Below are positions 28,897 to 37,116 of a stretch of 64,000 bases of DNA, in pieces (within the stretch, counting starts at the first letter, position 1; every line of letters starts with the position of its first letter). The position numbers and the translations under genes are program-made. The notes below the pieces were generated by a model. That model saw nothing but the letters and a program-made list of their open reading frames with translations. It was not told where the DNA came from and made no database searches. The stretch is from the NCBI GenBank assembly GCA_964652185.1, contig CAZZDD010000004.1, positions 258-64,257 on the forward strand, in the 5' to 3' direction. This DNA comes from an uncultured Candidatus Peribacteria bacterium (lineage in GTDB: Bacteria > Patescibacteriota > Gracilibacteria > Peribacterales > Peribacteraceae).

Positions 28897-28927
28897 ATTT
28901 TGCAGTACGGATGCAACAATAGGAGGC

Positions 28928-29164
28928 ATGGCAACTGTGGCATCCATTCCAGGCTATTACACCATTCAAGAGGCTGCCCCGCTTTTGGAAAAGAGCGAGG
29001 CGACTGTGACGAGATATTGCCAGACCCAGAAATTGCGGGCGTTTTTCACTGGCACTCAATGGCTGATTGAGCAAATCGCCCTGGAATCGTTCGAGGAGCC
29101 GAAGCGCGGAAATCCGAAGTGGGTAACAGGTTACAAACCAGCCAAAAAGAAAAAGCGAAAATAA
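28928..29164 (+). CDS. xis: Excisionase-family HTH DNA-binding protein
   Basis: AGGAGG RBS. YYTIQEAAPLLEKSEATVTRYCQTQKLRAFFTGTQWLIEQ fits the excisionase/MerR-like HTH_17 pattern. Adjacent to int. Confidence 0.65.
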   Translation: MATVASIPGYYTIQEAAPLLEKSEATVTRYCQTQKLRAFFTGTQWLIEQIALESFEEPKRGNPKWVTGYKPAKKKKRK

Positions 29165-29177
29165 TTCGCTAGCGGTC

Positions 29178-29205
29178 TTGCAATTAGCCGAAGAGACATT
29201 AGAAT
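29178..29205 (+). promoter_or_regulatory. Sigma70-like promoter candidate TTGCAA-N16-TAGAAT
   Basis: TTGCAA at 29178-29183 and TAGAAT at 29200-29205. Upstream of the first GIY-YIG gene. Confidence 0.4.
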
Positions 29206-29329
29206 CTCCGGCGTGACGTGAACGCTGCCTCAGAAACAGCCTCGCGTCGAAACAAACATCAGCACTTCTCCCCTCGCTACTCTGCGAGCCGGGTTGTGCT
29301 TTCGGCGACAACTCGGAAGGAACCGTGTC

Positions 29330-29737
29330 ATGGCGGACTCGCCGCCGACTAATGTCGGCTTTGAGCGCACACGTCAAAACGAAGCGTGCGTTTACTTCCT
29401 GCTCGACCCGGACACTAAAGACGTTCGGTGCATCGGCTCTACGCGGCACATTCAAGAGCGGCGTCAGCAGCATGTTTCAATGAATGTCGCTAGCAATCGC
29501 CGTTTGGCTGAGTGGTTTGACTCACTGCGGAGTGAAGGGACATCGCCAGTCTTTTACGTGCTGACCGTCATGCACGGAAACGGTGCGCTGATCGCTGCTC
29601 GGCAATCGGAGAAATATTGGATTCATCGCTATGCAAGCATGAATGACGGCCACTTGATTCTCAACGAGGCCCACAATCCACGCCGGGAAAAGCAACGGTA
29701 TTGGTCGCGACGACCGAAAGCGGCGGTGTCCCAATGA
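29330..29737 (+). CDS. GIY-YIG nuclease-like protein (freestanding homing-endonuclease-like)
   Basis: VYFLLDPDTKDVRCIGSTRHIQERRQQH...EKYWIHRY gives GIY/YIG-like strands, Arg, His and Glu in the right order. Paralog of 38204-38779. Confidence 0.6.
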   Translation: MADSPPTNVGFERTRQNEACVYFLLDPDTKDVRCIGSTRHIQERRQQHVSMNVASNRRLAEWFDSLRSEGTSPVFYVLTVMHGNGALIAARQSEKYWIHRYASMNDGHLILNEAHNPRREKQRYWSRRPKAAVSQ

Positions 29738-30828
29738 CACCACTCAACAACGATTGCGCCAGCGGCACGGATGCTTTGGCCGTCATTGACGAGCCAGCCG
29801 AGTTCGCGCTGCTCGCCAGCGCTGAACAAGCCCTGTCTGCTGCCAGTTCAATCGATGAAGTGAAGTCGATTCGTGACAAAGCCGTGGCAGCAAGGGCCTA
29901 CGCTCGCAAAGCTGGTCTCGGAACAAAGAGCCTGAACTACTGCCTTGCAATTATTCTCCGCGCCGAGCGATTGGCTGGAGAAATGCTGATTGCGATGGGA
30001 GGTGGCGAACATGGGGGCGATAGAAAATCAAAACACAAAGAGTGTATTGATTTTGATGCTGTTGCCCCTCGCCATGACAGGCTGCGATTTTACAACCTTT
30101 GCTCCATTCCTGACGCAGAGTTCAAGCCGCTCCTAGAGGAAGTCGCCACGTCCGGCAAGAAGCTCGCGATGCCTAAGGTTCTCAAACTCGCCAAGAAAAG
30201 CGAGAAGACCGTAGAGGCCCAATCCGCAACGGAATCCGCCGTCTCTCACGGAATCGTCGCCAGCCTCCACGATCTTATTGCCGCCGGCGCGAAGTTCTCC
30301 ACCATCTACGCCGACCCGCCTTGGAGATACGACAACAAGGCGACTCGCTCAAACGTCGATTCAGCGGCCACGTACAGCGGCACCATGACGGTTGATGAGA
30401 TCTGCGCCGAGCCGGTTGCGGAACTGGCTAATGACGAGGCGCACCTTCACCTGTGGACTACAAACGCATTTCTTTTTGACGCGCGCCGAGTGATGGAAGC
30501 CTGGGGCTTTGAATACAAGTCCTGCTTCGTCTGGGTTAAGCCGCAAATGGGCATCGGGAACTACTGGCGAGTTTCCCACGAATTCATGCTGCTCGGCGTT
30601 CGTGGCGGACTTCGCTTCGCTAATCGTGGGCAAAAAAGCTGGCTGGAGCATGACCGCGCGAGGCACAGCCAAAAGCCGCACATCGTGCGGAACATCATCG
30701 AAAAGGTGAGTCCGGGGCCGTGCCTGGAAATGTACGGAAGACATATCGTTGACGGCTGGACGGTGTACGGAAACCAAATCATCGGCCACGCGCAACGAGA
30801 GTTCTCGATTCAACCGGACTTGTTCTAA
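29734..30828 (+). CDS. MT-A70 family N6-adenine DNA methyltransferase
   Basis: IYADPPWRY (DPPW motif). HLHLWTTNAFL...WGFEYKSCFVWVKPQMGIGNYWRVSHEFMLLGVRG. ATGA overlap with the upstream gene. Confidence 0.85.
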   Translation: MTPLNNDCASGTDALAVIDEPAEFALLASAEQALSAASSIDEVKSIRDKAVAARAYARKAGLGTKSLNYCLAIILRAERLAGEMLIAMGGGEHGGDRKSKHKECIDFDAVAPRHDRLRFYNLCSIPDAEFKPLLEEVATSGKKLAMPKVLKLAKKSEKTVEAQSATESAVSHGIVASLHDLIAAGAKFSTIYADPPWRYDNKATRSNVDSAATYSGTMTVDEICAEPVAELANDEAHLHLWTTNAFLFDARRVMEAWGFEYKSCFVWVKPQMGIGNYWRVSHEFMLLGVRGGLRFANRGQKSWLEHDRARHSQKPHIVRNIIEKVSPGPCLEMYGRHIVDGWTVYGNQIIGHAQREFSIQPDLF

Positions 30829-30842
30829 AAGGAGCGACTGCC

Positions 30843-31817
30843 ATGCGTGAAGCAATGATGCGGCGATTGAACAGGATTCAAGAAGAGCGCAACGGGCATC
30901 CAATCATTCGGCACGGCATTGCCGAACGGATGCCACTCTCTCACTCCCAGGCAAACGAAGTGGCGAAGGTTATTGGCGTTCCTCCGGTTCAGCACATCGG
31001 ATGCGGAATGTACGCCGTCCTTTGCGAGATCACGCCGAAGATGTGCATGGAATGGCTGTCGTCGCGAAACACGCTCAATCGACATGAGGTCGCTTCGCAC
31101 GCCAGCACCATTGCCAGCGACATGGCAAGAGGAGCGTTTTTTCTCACACACCAAGGCATCGCCTTTGACGAACAGGGCGAAATGATCGATGGGCAGCACA
31201 GGTGCATTGCCTGCGTCACGTCAGGCGCATCGTTCTGGTCTTTGGTTTTTATCTATGTCGCCCGCACGTCGTGCCCTGGAATCGACACTGGCAAGAAACG
31301 CGACTGGAAGGCGACTCGAATTATGAGCGGGCGGGATGTATCTGGTCAGTTTCAATCAGTCCTCTACATCCTCGCAAGTCATGACGGAACGGGCTTGCAC
31401 AAAAAATCGAACGACGAACTGGACGCGCACGCAGAATTGTTTGATGCAGGAATTTCATTTGCTCTTGAGCACATGACGAGCAGGACTCGCGGTGTCAATC
31501 GGGCTGCTGTCTATGCGGCGATTGCTCGCGCCTACTTCCACTGCAATCAAGACTCTCTCAAGAGGTTTTGCGAAGTCCTGTCAACCTGCCGCGCCAACAG
31601 CGATTCTCCGGCAGAGGACACGATCATCACGCTCAATCGTGTCCTTGTAACAAGTGGTGGAAAGGGCGGTGCTCAGGTCAATAAATCGGTCTATCACAAG
31701 ACGTTGAACGCAATCGACAACTACATGAAAGGAAAGTCTGTCACTCGCATTTTTGAGGCGTCCTCGTCAATTTATCCACTGCCGCAGGTTGCCACTGCTA
31801 TTGAGGCTGTCGCATGA
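30843..31817 (+). CDS. ParB/Srx-fold (DGQHR motif) protein
   Basis: NRHEVASHASTIASDMARGAFFLTHQGIAFDEQGEMIDGQHRCIACV matches the ParB N-terminal-domain pattern. Confidence 0.55.
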   Translation: MREAMMRRLNRIQEERNGHPIIRHGIAERMPLSHSQANEVAKVIGVPPVQHIGCGMYAVLCEITPKMCMEWLSSRNTLNRHEVASHASTIASDMARGAFFLTHQGIAFDEQGEMIDGQHRCIACVTSGASFWSLVFIYVARTSCPGIDTGKKRDWKATRIMSGRDVSGQFQSVLYILASHDGTGLHKKSNDELDAHAELFDAGISFALEHMTSRTRGVNRAAVYAAIARAYFHCNQDSLKRFCEVLSTCRANSDSPAEDTIITLNRVLVTSGGKGGAQVNKSVYHKTLNAIDNYMKGKSVTRIFEASSSIYPLPQVATAIEAVA

Positions 31818-32299
31818 CCCGCCCCCTCACCAACACCACCCTCCGCTGCCACGTCCGCTGGATGTTCCGAGCCGACATGCCAGCGGTCCTAGACATCGAG
31901 TCCCGCTCATTCGACTTCCCATGGAGCGAATCAGACTTCCTCAACTGCCTGCGCCAGCGCAACTGCATCGGCATGGTGGCGGAATGCTCCGGCAAGATTG
32001 TCGGCTTCATGGTGTACGAGCTGCACAAGACGCGGCTGCACGTGCTGAACTTCGCGGTTGAGTACGACTTCCGGCGCTCGGGCGTAGGCCGGCAGATGGC
32101 CCAGAAGCTCATCAACAAACAGAAGGTCAACACGTACCGCAACCGGATTCTGCTTGAGGTCCGCGAGACGAACGTGGACGCCCAACTGTTCTGGAAGGCG
32201 ATGGGCTTCAGGGCGGTGAACACGCTGCGGTACTTCTACGCGGATACCGACGAAGACGCCTATCTGATGCAGTATTCGCTTTGCAAGGAGGCCCCATGA
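31814..32299 (+). CDS. GNAT family N-acetyltransferase (RimI-like)
   Basis: Acetyl-CoA motif FRRSGVGRQMAQKLI and a RimI-like N-terminus (MPAVLDIESRSFDFPWSESDF). ATGA overlap. Confidence 0.75.
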   Translation: MTRPLTNTTLRCHVRWMFRADMPAVLDIESRSFDFPWSESDFLNCLRQRNCIGMVAECSGKIVGFMVYELHKTRLHVLNFAVEYDFRRSGVGRQMAQKLINKQKVNTYRNRILLEVRETNVDAQLFWKAMGFRAVNTLRYFYADTDEDAYLMQYSLCKEAP

Positions 32300-32499
32300 C
32301 ACTTCGCAAGCCGGACTATCAAGCGTTTATCAGCCGCAAGAAGCTGATTCGCGTGCTGTCGCAAAAGAAAACGAACGCCAGAGCGTCGCTCAAAAGCAAG
32401 TTCATCCATCGCCGCGAACGAGCACTCGGCAAGATCGCTGTTCTGAATGACCTGCTTACTGAACTTGGTGCGCGGCGTCCATCGGAGGTGTCGCAATGA
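32296..32499 (+). CDS. Small basic hypothetical protein
   Basis: ATGA overlaps at both ends. 67 aa, Lys/Arg-rich. Confidence 0.4.
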   Translation: MTLRKPDYQAFISRKKLIRVLSQKKTNARASLKSKFIHRRERALGKIAVLNDLLTELGARRPSEVSQ

Positions 32500-33992
32500 A
32501 CGTCGAGGTTCTGCTCAGCACCGAATCCATCGAAGACTACCGCCGATTCCTGGCAATCAAGCGGCTGCCAACCTACGAAATCCAGGGGCACGTCGCCAGA
32601 TTCCCGGCGGAGTACGCGCAGTTCGTCGGCATCGACGTGCCGGTCAGCGATGCCGTGGACTACGAACCGTTGCCGTTCCTGTTCGACTATCAACGTGCAA
32701 TTGCCACGCTGGCCGTTCGCAAGCGGAAGTTCGCAGGCTTCATTGACTGCGGACTCGGCAAGCAGAACATCGCCTTTGAATTCATGCGGCACGCGAATAA
32801 CGTGCTGCCGGCTGGCAAGTGCGCCTTGCTGGTCTGTCCGCTGATGGTGGTCGATCAGGCGTTGCAGGAACGCGATCGCTTCTATGGCGACTCGCTCCCC
32901 ATTGAGTACATCCCAGCAAACAGGCTCAAGTCATGGATGAACGATGGCGGACGGCTTGGCATCACGAACTACGACGCCTTGCGCGACGACGTGCCGCAAG
33001 GTCGGCTCGGCGCATTGGTGCTAGACGAATCATCGATGCTCAAGAGTCACTATGGCAAGCACGGCCAGAAGTGTATTGAGCTTGGCAAAGGGCTGGAATG
33101 GAAGCTCTGCTTGACCGGGACGCCCGCGCCGAACGATCGCATTGAGTACGGCAATCACGCGGTGTTTCTGGACCAGTTCCCGACGATCAATTCGTTCCTG
33201 GCGAAATACTTCGTCAATCGCGGACAGACGAACGAGCGATGGGAGATTAAGCCGCACGCCCTCGGTGCGTTCTACCGCGCCCTGTCGCATTGGTGCATCT
33301 TCCTGACGAATCCGGCAGTGTACGGCTGGAAAGACAATTGCGAGTCCATCCCGCCGATCCATACGCACATTCACAACGTTGACCTGACGCCGGAGCAAGA
33401 AAAAGCCGTTCAGAAATACACTGGCGGTCTGTTTGCATCGCGGATCGGCGGCATCACGTCGCGGGCCAAGCTGGGGAGAATCGCCAAGGGGACACACAAC
33501 GGCGGAGCGATCAGGACGAACAAGCCTGAGTTTATTCGCGGGCTGGTCGATTCGTGGCCGGATGAATCCACCATCATCTGGTGTCTGTACAACGACGAGC
33601 AAGCGGCGATGGAACGGCTGTTCCCTGACGCCGCCAGCATCGACGGCAGCACGAAGCATGAGAAACGCAACGAGTTAATCGCCGACTTCAAAGCCGGACG
33701 CCGCAAGGTGCTTATCAGCAAGGGCAAGGTGCTCGGCTTCGGTCTCAATCTGCAAATCGCCACCCGGCAAGTGTTCAGCGGGCTGGCCGACAGCTATGAG
33801 ACGTTTTACCAATGCGTGAAACGATCGAACCGCTATGGTTCGACGAAGCCGCTGAACGTCCACATTCCTGTTACGGACGTGGAAGTCCCCATGATTGAAA
33901 CTGTGTTACGGAAGGCAAAGCGTGTGCAATTGGACACAGAAACCCAAGAGCGCGAGTTTAAGGCCAACTCTTTCGGATTCGGAAATCCATGA
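32496..33992 (+). CDS. SNF2-family helicase-like ATPase
   Basis: GLGKQ (motif I-like), VLDESSMLKS (motif II), CLTGTPAPN (motif III) and a C-terminal helicase lobe (...KVLISKGKVLGFGLNLQ...). Confidence 0.8.
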   Translation: MNVEVLLSTESIEDYRRFLAIKRLPTYEIQGHVARFPAEYAQFVGIDVPVSDAVDYEPLPFLFDYQRAIATLAVRKRKFAGFIDCGLGKQNIAFEFMRHANNVLPAGKCALLVCPLMVVDQALQERDRFYGDSLPIEYIPANRLKSWMNDGGRLGITNYDALRDDVPQGRLGALVLDESSMLKSHYGKHGQKCIELGKGLEWKLCLTGTPAPNDRIEYGNHAVFLDQFPTINSFLAKYFVNRGQTNERWEIKPHALGAFYRALSHWCIFLTNPAVYGWKDNCESIPPIHTHIHNVDLTPEQEKAVQKYTGGLFASRIGGITSRAKLGRIAKGTHNGGAIRTNKPEFIRGLVDSWPDESTIIWCLYNDEQAAMERLFPDAASIDGSTKHEKRNELIADFKAGRRKVLISKGKVLGFGLNLQIATRQVFSGLADSYETFYQCVKRSNRYGSTKPLNVHIPVTDVEVPMIETVLRKAKRVQLDTETQEREFKANSFGFGNP

Positions 33993-34960
33993 AATCGAAA
34001 ACTTCATCAACCGTTTCGGGCCGTCAAACTGCTGGACTGGCAGACTCGGCACCGTCGCCGGATGGCTTAAGCAACTTCTTGACGAGCGGCGAGCCGTGGA
34101 AGTTGCTCAAGGGGGATTGCATCGAGTGGATGCCGAAACTGCCGGAGAAGTGCGTTGACTTCTCGGTGTTCAGCCCGCCGTTTCCGTCTGTCTATGCCTA
34201 CACATCGGAAGAGGCGGACATCGGCAACAGCGAAGACCTGAACACCGAAGCCAAGTTGCACCTGTCGTGGTTCTATCGGCAGTTTGCAAGAGTCCTCAAG
34301 CCGGGACGCGTCGTGTGCGTTCACGTCCAGCAGATCCCGCGAATGAAGCGGGCCGGCGGCCAAGGACTGTTTGATTTTCGCGGGTTCAACATTCGCATCG
34401 CCGAACGCGCCGGGCTGATTTTTGAACAGGACATTCCGATCACGAAAAACCCGCAGGCGCAGGCCATCCGCACCAAGAGCCGGGAACTTCAATTTGCCGG
34501 GCTCGAACGCGACAGGGCAAGAAGTCGCCCGTCCTTGCCGGACTATATTTTGAAGTTCGTGGCACCTGGAGAGAACGCACGCAAGATCGACAACAAAGAA
34601 GTGTCTCGGCAGGAATGGATTGATTGGGCGGAAGGCGTTTGGACCTGGCATCAAATCAAAGCCACTGACACGCTCAACACGGCGGAAGCCAAAGGCGAGA
34701 ACGACACGAAGCATATCTGCCCTCTGCAACTCGGGGCGATTCGCCGACTCGTGAAACTGTATTCAATGCCAGACGAACTGGTCTTTTCCCCGTTCGCCGG
34801 GATCGGCAGTGAAGGATTCGAGTCCGTCCGGCTTGGCCGTCGCTTCCTTGGCTGCGAACTGAAAGACGAGTATTTCGACGCCGCCAAGATCAACTTGGCT
34901 CGCGCAGAGAAGATGCGCGGCGAGAACGAACGGACGCTGTTTGATGCTGTTGCATCTTAA
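33989..34960 (+). CDS. DNA methyltransferase (N6A/N4C type, SPPF motif before FxGxG)
   Basis: FSVFSPPFPSVY catalytic motif. FSPFAGIGSEGFESVRLGRRFLGCE AdoMet motif. ATGA overlap with the helicase gene. Confidence 0.85.
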   Translation: MKSKTSSTVSGRQTAGLADSAPSPDGLSNFLTSGEPWKLLKGDCIEWMPKLPEKCVDFSVFSPPFPSVYAYTSEEADIGNSEDLNTEAKLHLSWFYRQFARVLKPGRVVCVHVQQIPRMKRAGGQGLFDFRGFNIRIAERAGLIFEQDIPITKNPQAQAIRTKSRELQFAGLERDRARSRPSLPDYILKFVAPGENARKIDNKEVSRQEWIDWAEGVWTWHQIKATDTLNTAEAKGENDTKHICPLQLGAIRRLVKLYSMPDELVFSPFAGIGSEGFESVRLGRRFLGCELKDEYFDAAKINLARAEKMRGENERTLFDAVAS

Positions 34961-34977
34961 CCAAGCAAGGAGGCCCC

Positions 34978-35331
34978 ATGAAATCCGCCACCAGCTTCGC
35001 CCGCGAACAGCGGCCAGTCAAAGACCGCTCGCCAGCAAAGCCCAAGCAGCAACGCCCCAAGTCCCGCCTGCGAAACGTCAAGTCAACTCCCGGCGAATGG
35101 CAGGCATCCGGCTTAGCGGTGATCCAAGACGAAGTGACCATCGCTGTAGCGGACATCCGGCGCATTCCGCCCGAGGTGGCTTGTGCGAACATCCGCATTA
35201 TGGCGAACGCCAAGCGGCTCGACGCCCTGGCACGCACGCTGTTGAACACATTCCCCGCCGGCAGTGACGACGTGCGTATCGCCGGGCTGCTGGATATGGC
35301 ACAGGCTGCGATTGGAGGAACAAATGGCTGA
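34978..35331 (+). CDS. Hypothetical protein
   Basis: Strong AAGGAGG RBS. 117 aa with a basic N-terminus. Confidence 0.45.
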   Translation: MKSATSFAREQRPVKDRSPAKPKQQRPKSRLRNVKSTPGEWQASGLAVIQDEVTIAVADIRRIPPEVACANIRIMANAKRLDALARTLLNTFPAGSDDVRIAGLLDMAQAAIGGTNG

Positions 35332-35710
35332 GCTGAGCGTGGAGGGGCGGCTGAAGATTGCGGAGGAGATTTTCGCAGACTTGAGAGTCCATCACTTCGA
35401 CTGCATCGCCTACTGCGGGAACATTCTCGTCATCGGATCGAAACTGAACTGGCACGCCATCAAGATGGGCGACGGGTTGGACCCAAAGAACTCTATCGCC
35501 TACGCGCAGTCTCCCATCGACTGCGTAGCCCTCGCCCGTCAAAAGCTCGCCCAGGAAGCGGCCGAAGCGGAACTGCCGGAGTGTGCCAAGAAGTGGCGAG
35601 CCGGATTGAAGAACGTGATTGCGACATTGGAGTGCATCCACGACATCGAGAGCACACGTCCGGTTTCCGCAGCGGCACTGCAATTCGCCCGCCAAGCGCT
35701 GGAAAGCTAA
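35324..35710 (+). CDS. Hypothetical protein, tandem paralog A
   Basis: The C-terminus AEAELPECAKKWRAGLKNVIATLECIHDIESTRPVSAAALQFARQALES is shared with the next gene. Confidence 0.55.
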   Translation: MAELSVEGRLKIAEEIFADLRVHHFDCIAYCGNILVIGSKLNWHAIKMGDGLDPKNSIAYAQSPIDCVALARQKLAQEAAEAELPECAKKWRAGLKNVIATLECIHDIESTRPVSAAALQFARQALES

Positions 35711-36154
35711 CACGGAGGAACCATGACCGACGAACTGCAAGAGCTTCGCGAGAAGCTGGCGATTGCGGAGGAGAAGCTGAGCCTTGCGTGGATTATGATC
35801 CACAACCTTCGCAAGGGCAAGCTGATTCACGTACTTGATGGTGAATACAACTTCACCATCGACTGCAATGAAAATCGGTTCTGGTCCTACCCGTGGCAAA
35901 AGCCGTGCGGGCCTGATGAAGCCATTGCTGTCGGATACCTGCCGATTGAAGTCGCCTATGAGACTGTCAAGAAGCTCGCCGCCGAACGTGCCGAAGCCGA
36001 GCTGCCGGAGCGTGCGAAGAAGTGGCGGAACGCATTAAAGGACGTGGTGAAAACGCTGGAGTGTATCGTGGACATCGAGACACATAGGCCCGTGAGTGCC
36101 ACGGCACTGAACATCGCCCGCCAAGCCCTGGAATCGTAACACGGAGGAACCATG
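35561..36154 (+). repeat. Tandem duplication: ~165-bp copies at 35561-35725 and 35990-36154 (offset 429 nt)
   Basis: The copies align without gaps. Both end in the identical 18-mer TAACACGGAGGAACCATG, which spans stop, RBS and the next start. Confidence 0.8.
35723..36139 (+). CDS. Hypothetical protein, tandem paralog B
   Basis: C-terminus AEAELPERAKKWRNALKDVVKTLECIVDIETHRPVSATALNIARQALES. Confidence 0.55.
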   Translation: MTDELQELREKLAIAEEKLSLAWIMIHNLRKGKLIHVLDGEYNFTIDCNENRFWSYPWQKPCGPDEAIAVGYLPIEVAYETVKKLAAERAEAELPERAKKWRNALKDVVKTLECIVDIETHRPVSATALNIARQALES

Positions 36155-36394
36155 CACACCAACCGAATCAAAACCGTGAACCGCGTGGCAAACATCATCG
36201 AAGATGAGCGGCGATACTCGCGAGTGCCACACGTGCAAAGCTGGAACGTCGATGCTGGACCAGTGAGCAAACACGAGTACAGAAGCATGAAGGACGGCCC
36301 GCTCGCCACTGCTGCGAAATGGTCCGCGAGAGGCTTGCTGGCGGTCGTAGTGACCGGCTGGCTGGTGGTTGTGTTTTTGATGATGCAGAACTGA
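36152..36394 (+). CDS. Hypothetical protein with a C-terminal TM helix
   Basis: 80 aa, ending ...GLLAVVVTGWLVVVFLMMQN. Confidence 0.45.
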   Translation: MHTNRIKTVNRVANIIEDERRYSRVPHVQSWNVDAGPVSKHEYRSMKDGPLATAAKWSARGLLAVVVTGWLVVVFLMMQN

Positions 36395-36401
36395 TGAGAC
36401 G

Positions 36402-36520
36402 TGCGATGCGGCGTGGACGGTGACACGCAGCGGGAAGCCCGCGAGAGGCGATCGACTCAAAATCGGTGATTACCCGCCGGGGTGACGACTCCATAGCAGG
36501 TTCAATTCCTGCCATCGCAA
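36402..36520 (+). ncRNA. tRNA-like element, 119 nt, five hairpins (possible class-II tRNA-Leu(CAA) with a 21-nt insertion, or a pseudo-tRNA)
   Basis: Perfect 7-bp acceptor TGCGATG/CATCGCA. D-arm GCGT-GGACGGTGAC-ACGC. Extra hairpin GCGGG-AAG-CCCGC. Anticodon-like arm ATCGA-CTCAAAA-TCGGT. Variable hairpin ACCC-GCCG-GGGT. Canonical T-arm GCAGG-TTCAATT-CCTGC. Discriminator A, and no encoded CCA. Confidence 0.35.
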
Positions 36521-36576
36521 ATTGGAACGAGAGGCAAAGACGGAAAGTTGCACGCACACCACTGGAGCACTTTGTG

Positions 36577-36849
36577 ATGGACGCACTGACCAAGGAAGAA
36601 GCCTACGACGCGAAGATTTACCCGCTCATGGCGCAGATCATGGACATCTGCCACGAGCACAAGATTCCGATGGTGGCGAGCTTCACGCTCGACATCGACA
36701 ACGCAGTTCATGCCACATCGGCAATTCTGCGTGAGGACTATCAGCCGCACGAGTGCCTGATTCGCGCCAGGAACGCTCTGTTCGCGAAGCAGCCGAGCCG
36801 TCTGGCGGTGACCATCTCGGGCGGACACGTTCGCTCTGGGGCTTACTAG
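36577..36849 (+). CDS. Hypothetical protein
   Basis: MDALTKEEAYDAKIYPLMAQIMDICHEHKIPMVASF... The upstream part of the track ORF covers the tRNA-like element. Confidence 0.45.
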   Translation: MDALTKEEAYDAKIYPLMAQIMDICHEHKIPMVASFTLDIDNAVHATSAILREDYQPHECLIRARNALFAKQPSRLAVTISGGHVRSGAY

Positions 36850-36902
36850 GAGTGGCAACTATCCAAACCCGGCGCGCGACGGGAGCGGATGGAGATGGAA
36901 CA

Positions 36903-37115
36903 ATGACACCAGAAACCTGCGAGCACTGTGGCGGTGAACTGCTAGTCGGCAGCATGGGGCTGGTCTGCGAACGCGGCCATTCCGTGAAACAGGATGAGCA
37001 ACGTGAAGCGGCGGTGCTCGCCAAGAATCCGAATTGCAGGATCGGACACACCAAGTTCACCAGGAAGTTGCTCAACGAGATCGGCGAAGCGGCCCGGAAA
37101 ATCAATGAGGAGTGA
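36903..37115 (+). CDS. Small zinc-ribbon-like protein
   Basis: MTPETCEHCGGELLVGSMGLVCERGH. Confidence 0.45.
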   Translation: MTPETCEHCGGELLVGSMGLVCERGHSVKQDEQREAAVLAKNPNCRIGHTKFTRKLLNEIGEAARKINEE

Positions 37116-37116
37116 G

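Noticed and set aside
28892-28920. TTTACA-N17-AACAAT as the xis promoter
   Set aside because: A transcript starting ~7 nt after this -10 box would begin at or after the AGGAGG RBS (28921-28926). That is inconsistent with use of the strong RBS, so the element was not called.
28783-29473. Track ORFs 28783-29070 (+) and 28841-29473 (-) across the int-xis spacer
   Set aside because: They overlap the well-supported xis gene and the repeat-rich spacer. Their translations are compositionally non-coding.
36402-36520. Interpreting the tRNA-like element as the tRNA-like domain of a tmRNA
   Set aside because: The acceptor stem has C3:G70 rather than the G3:U70 alanine identity pair. The element is only 119 nt, with no tag reading frame or pseudoknots between the acceptor strands.
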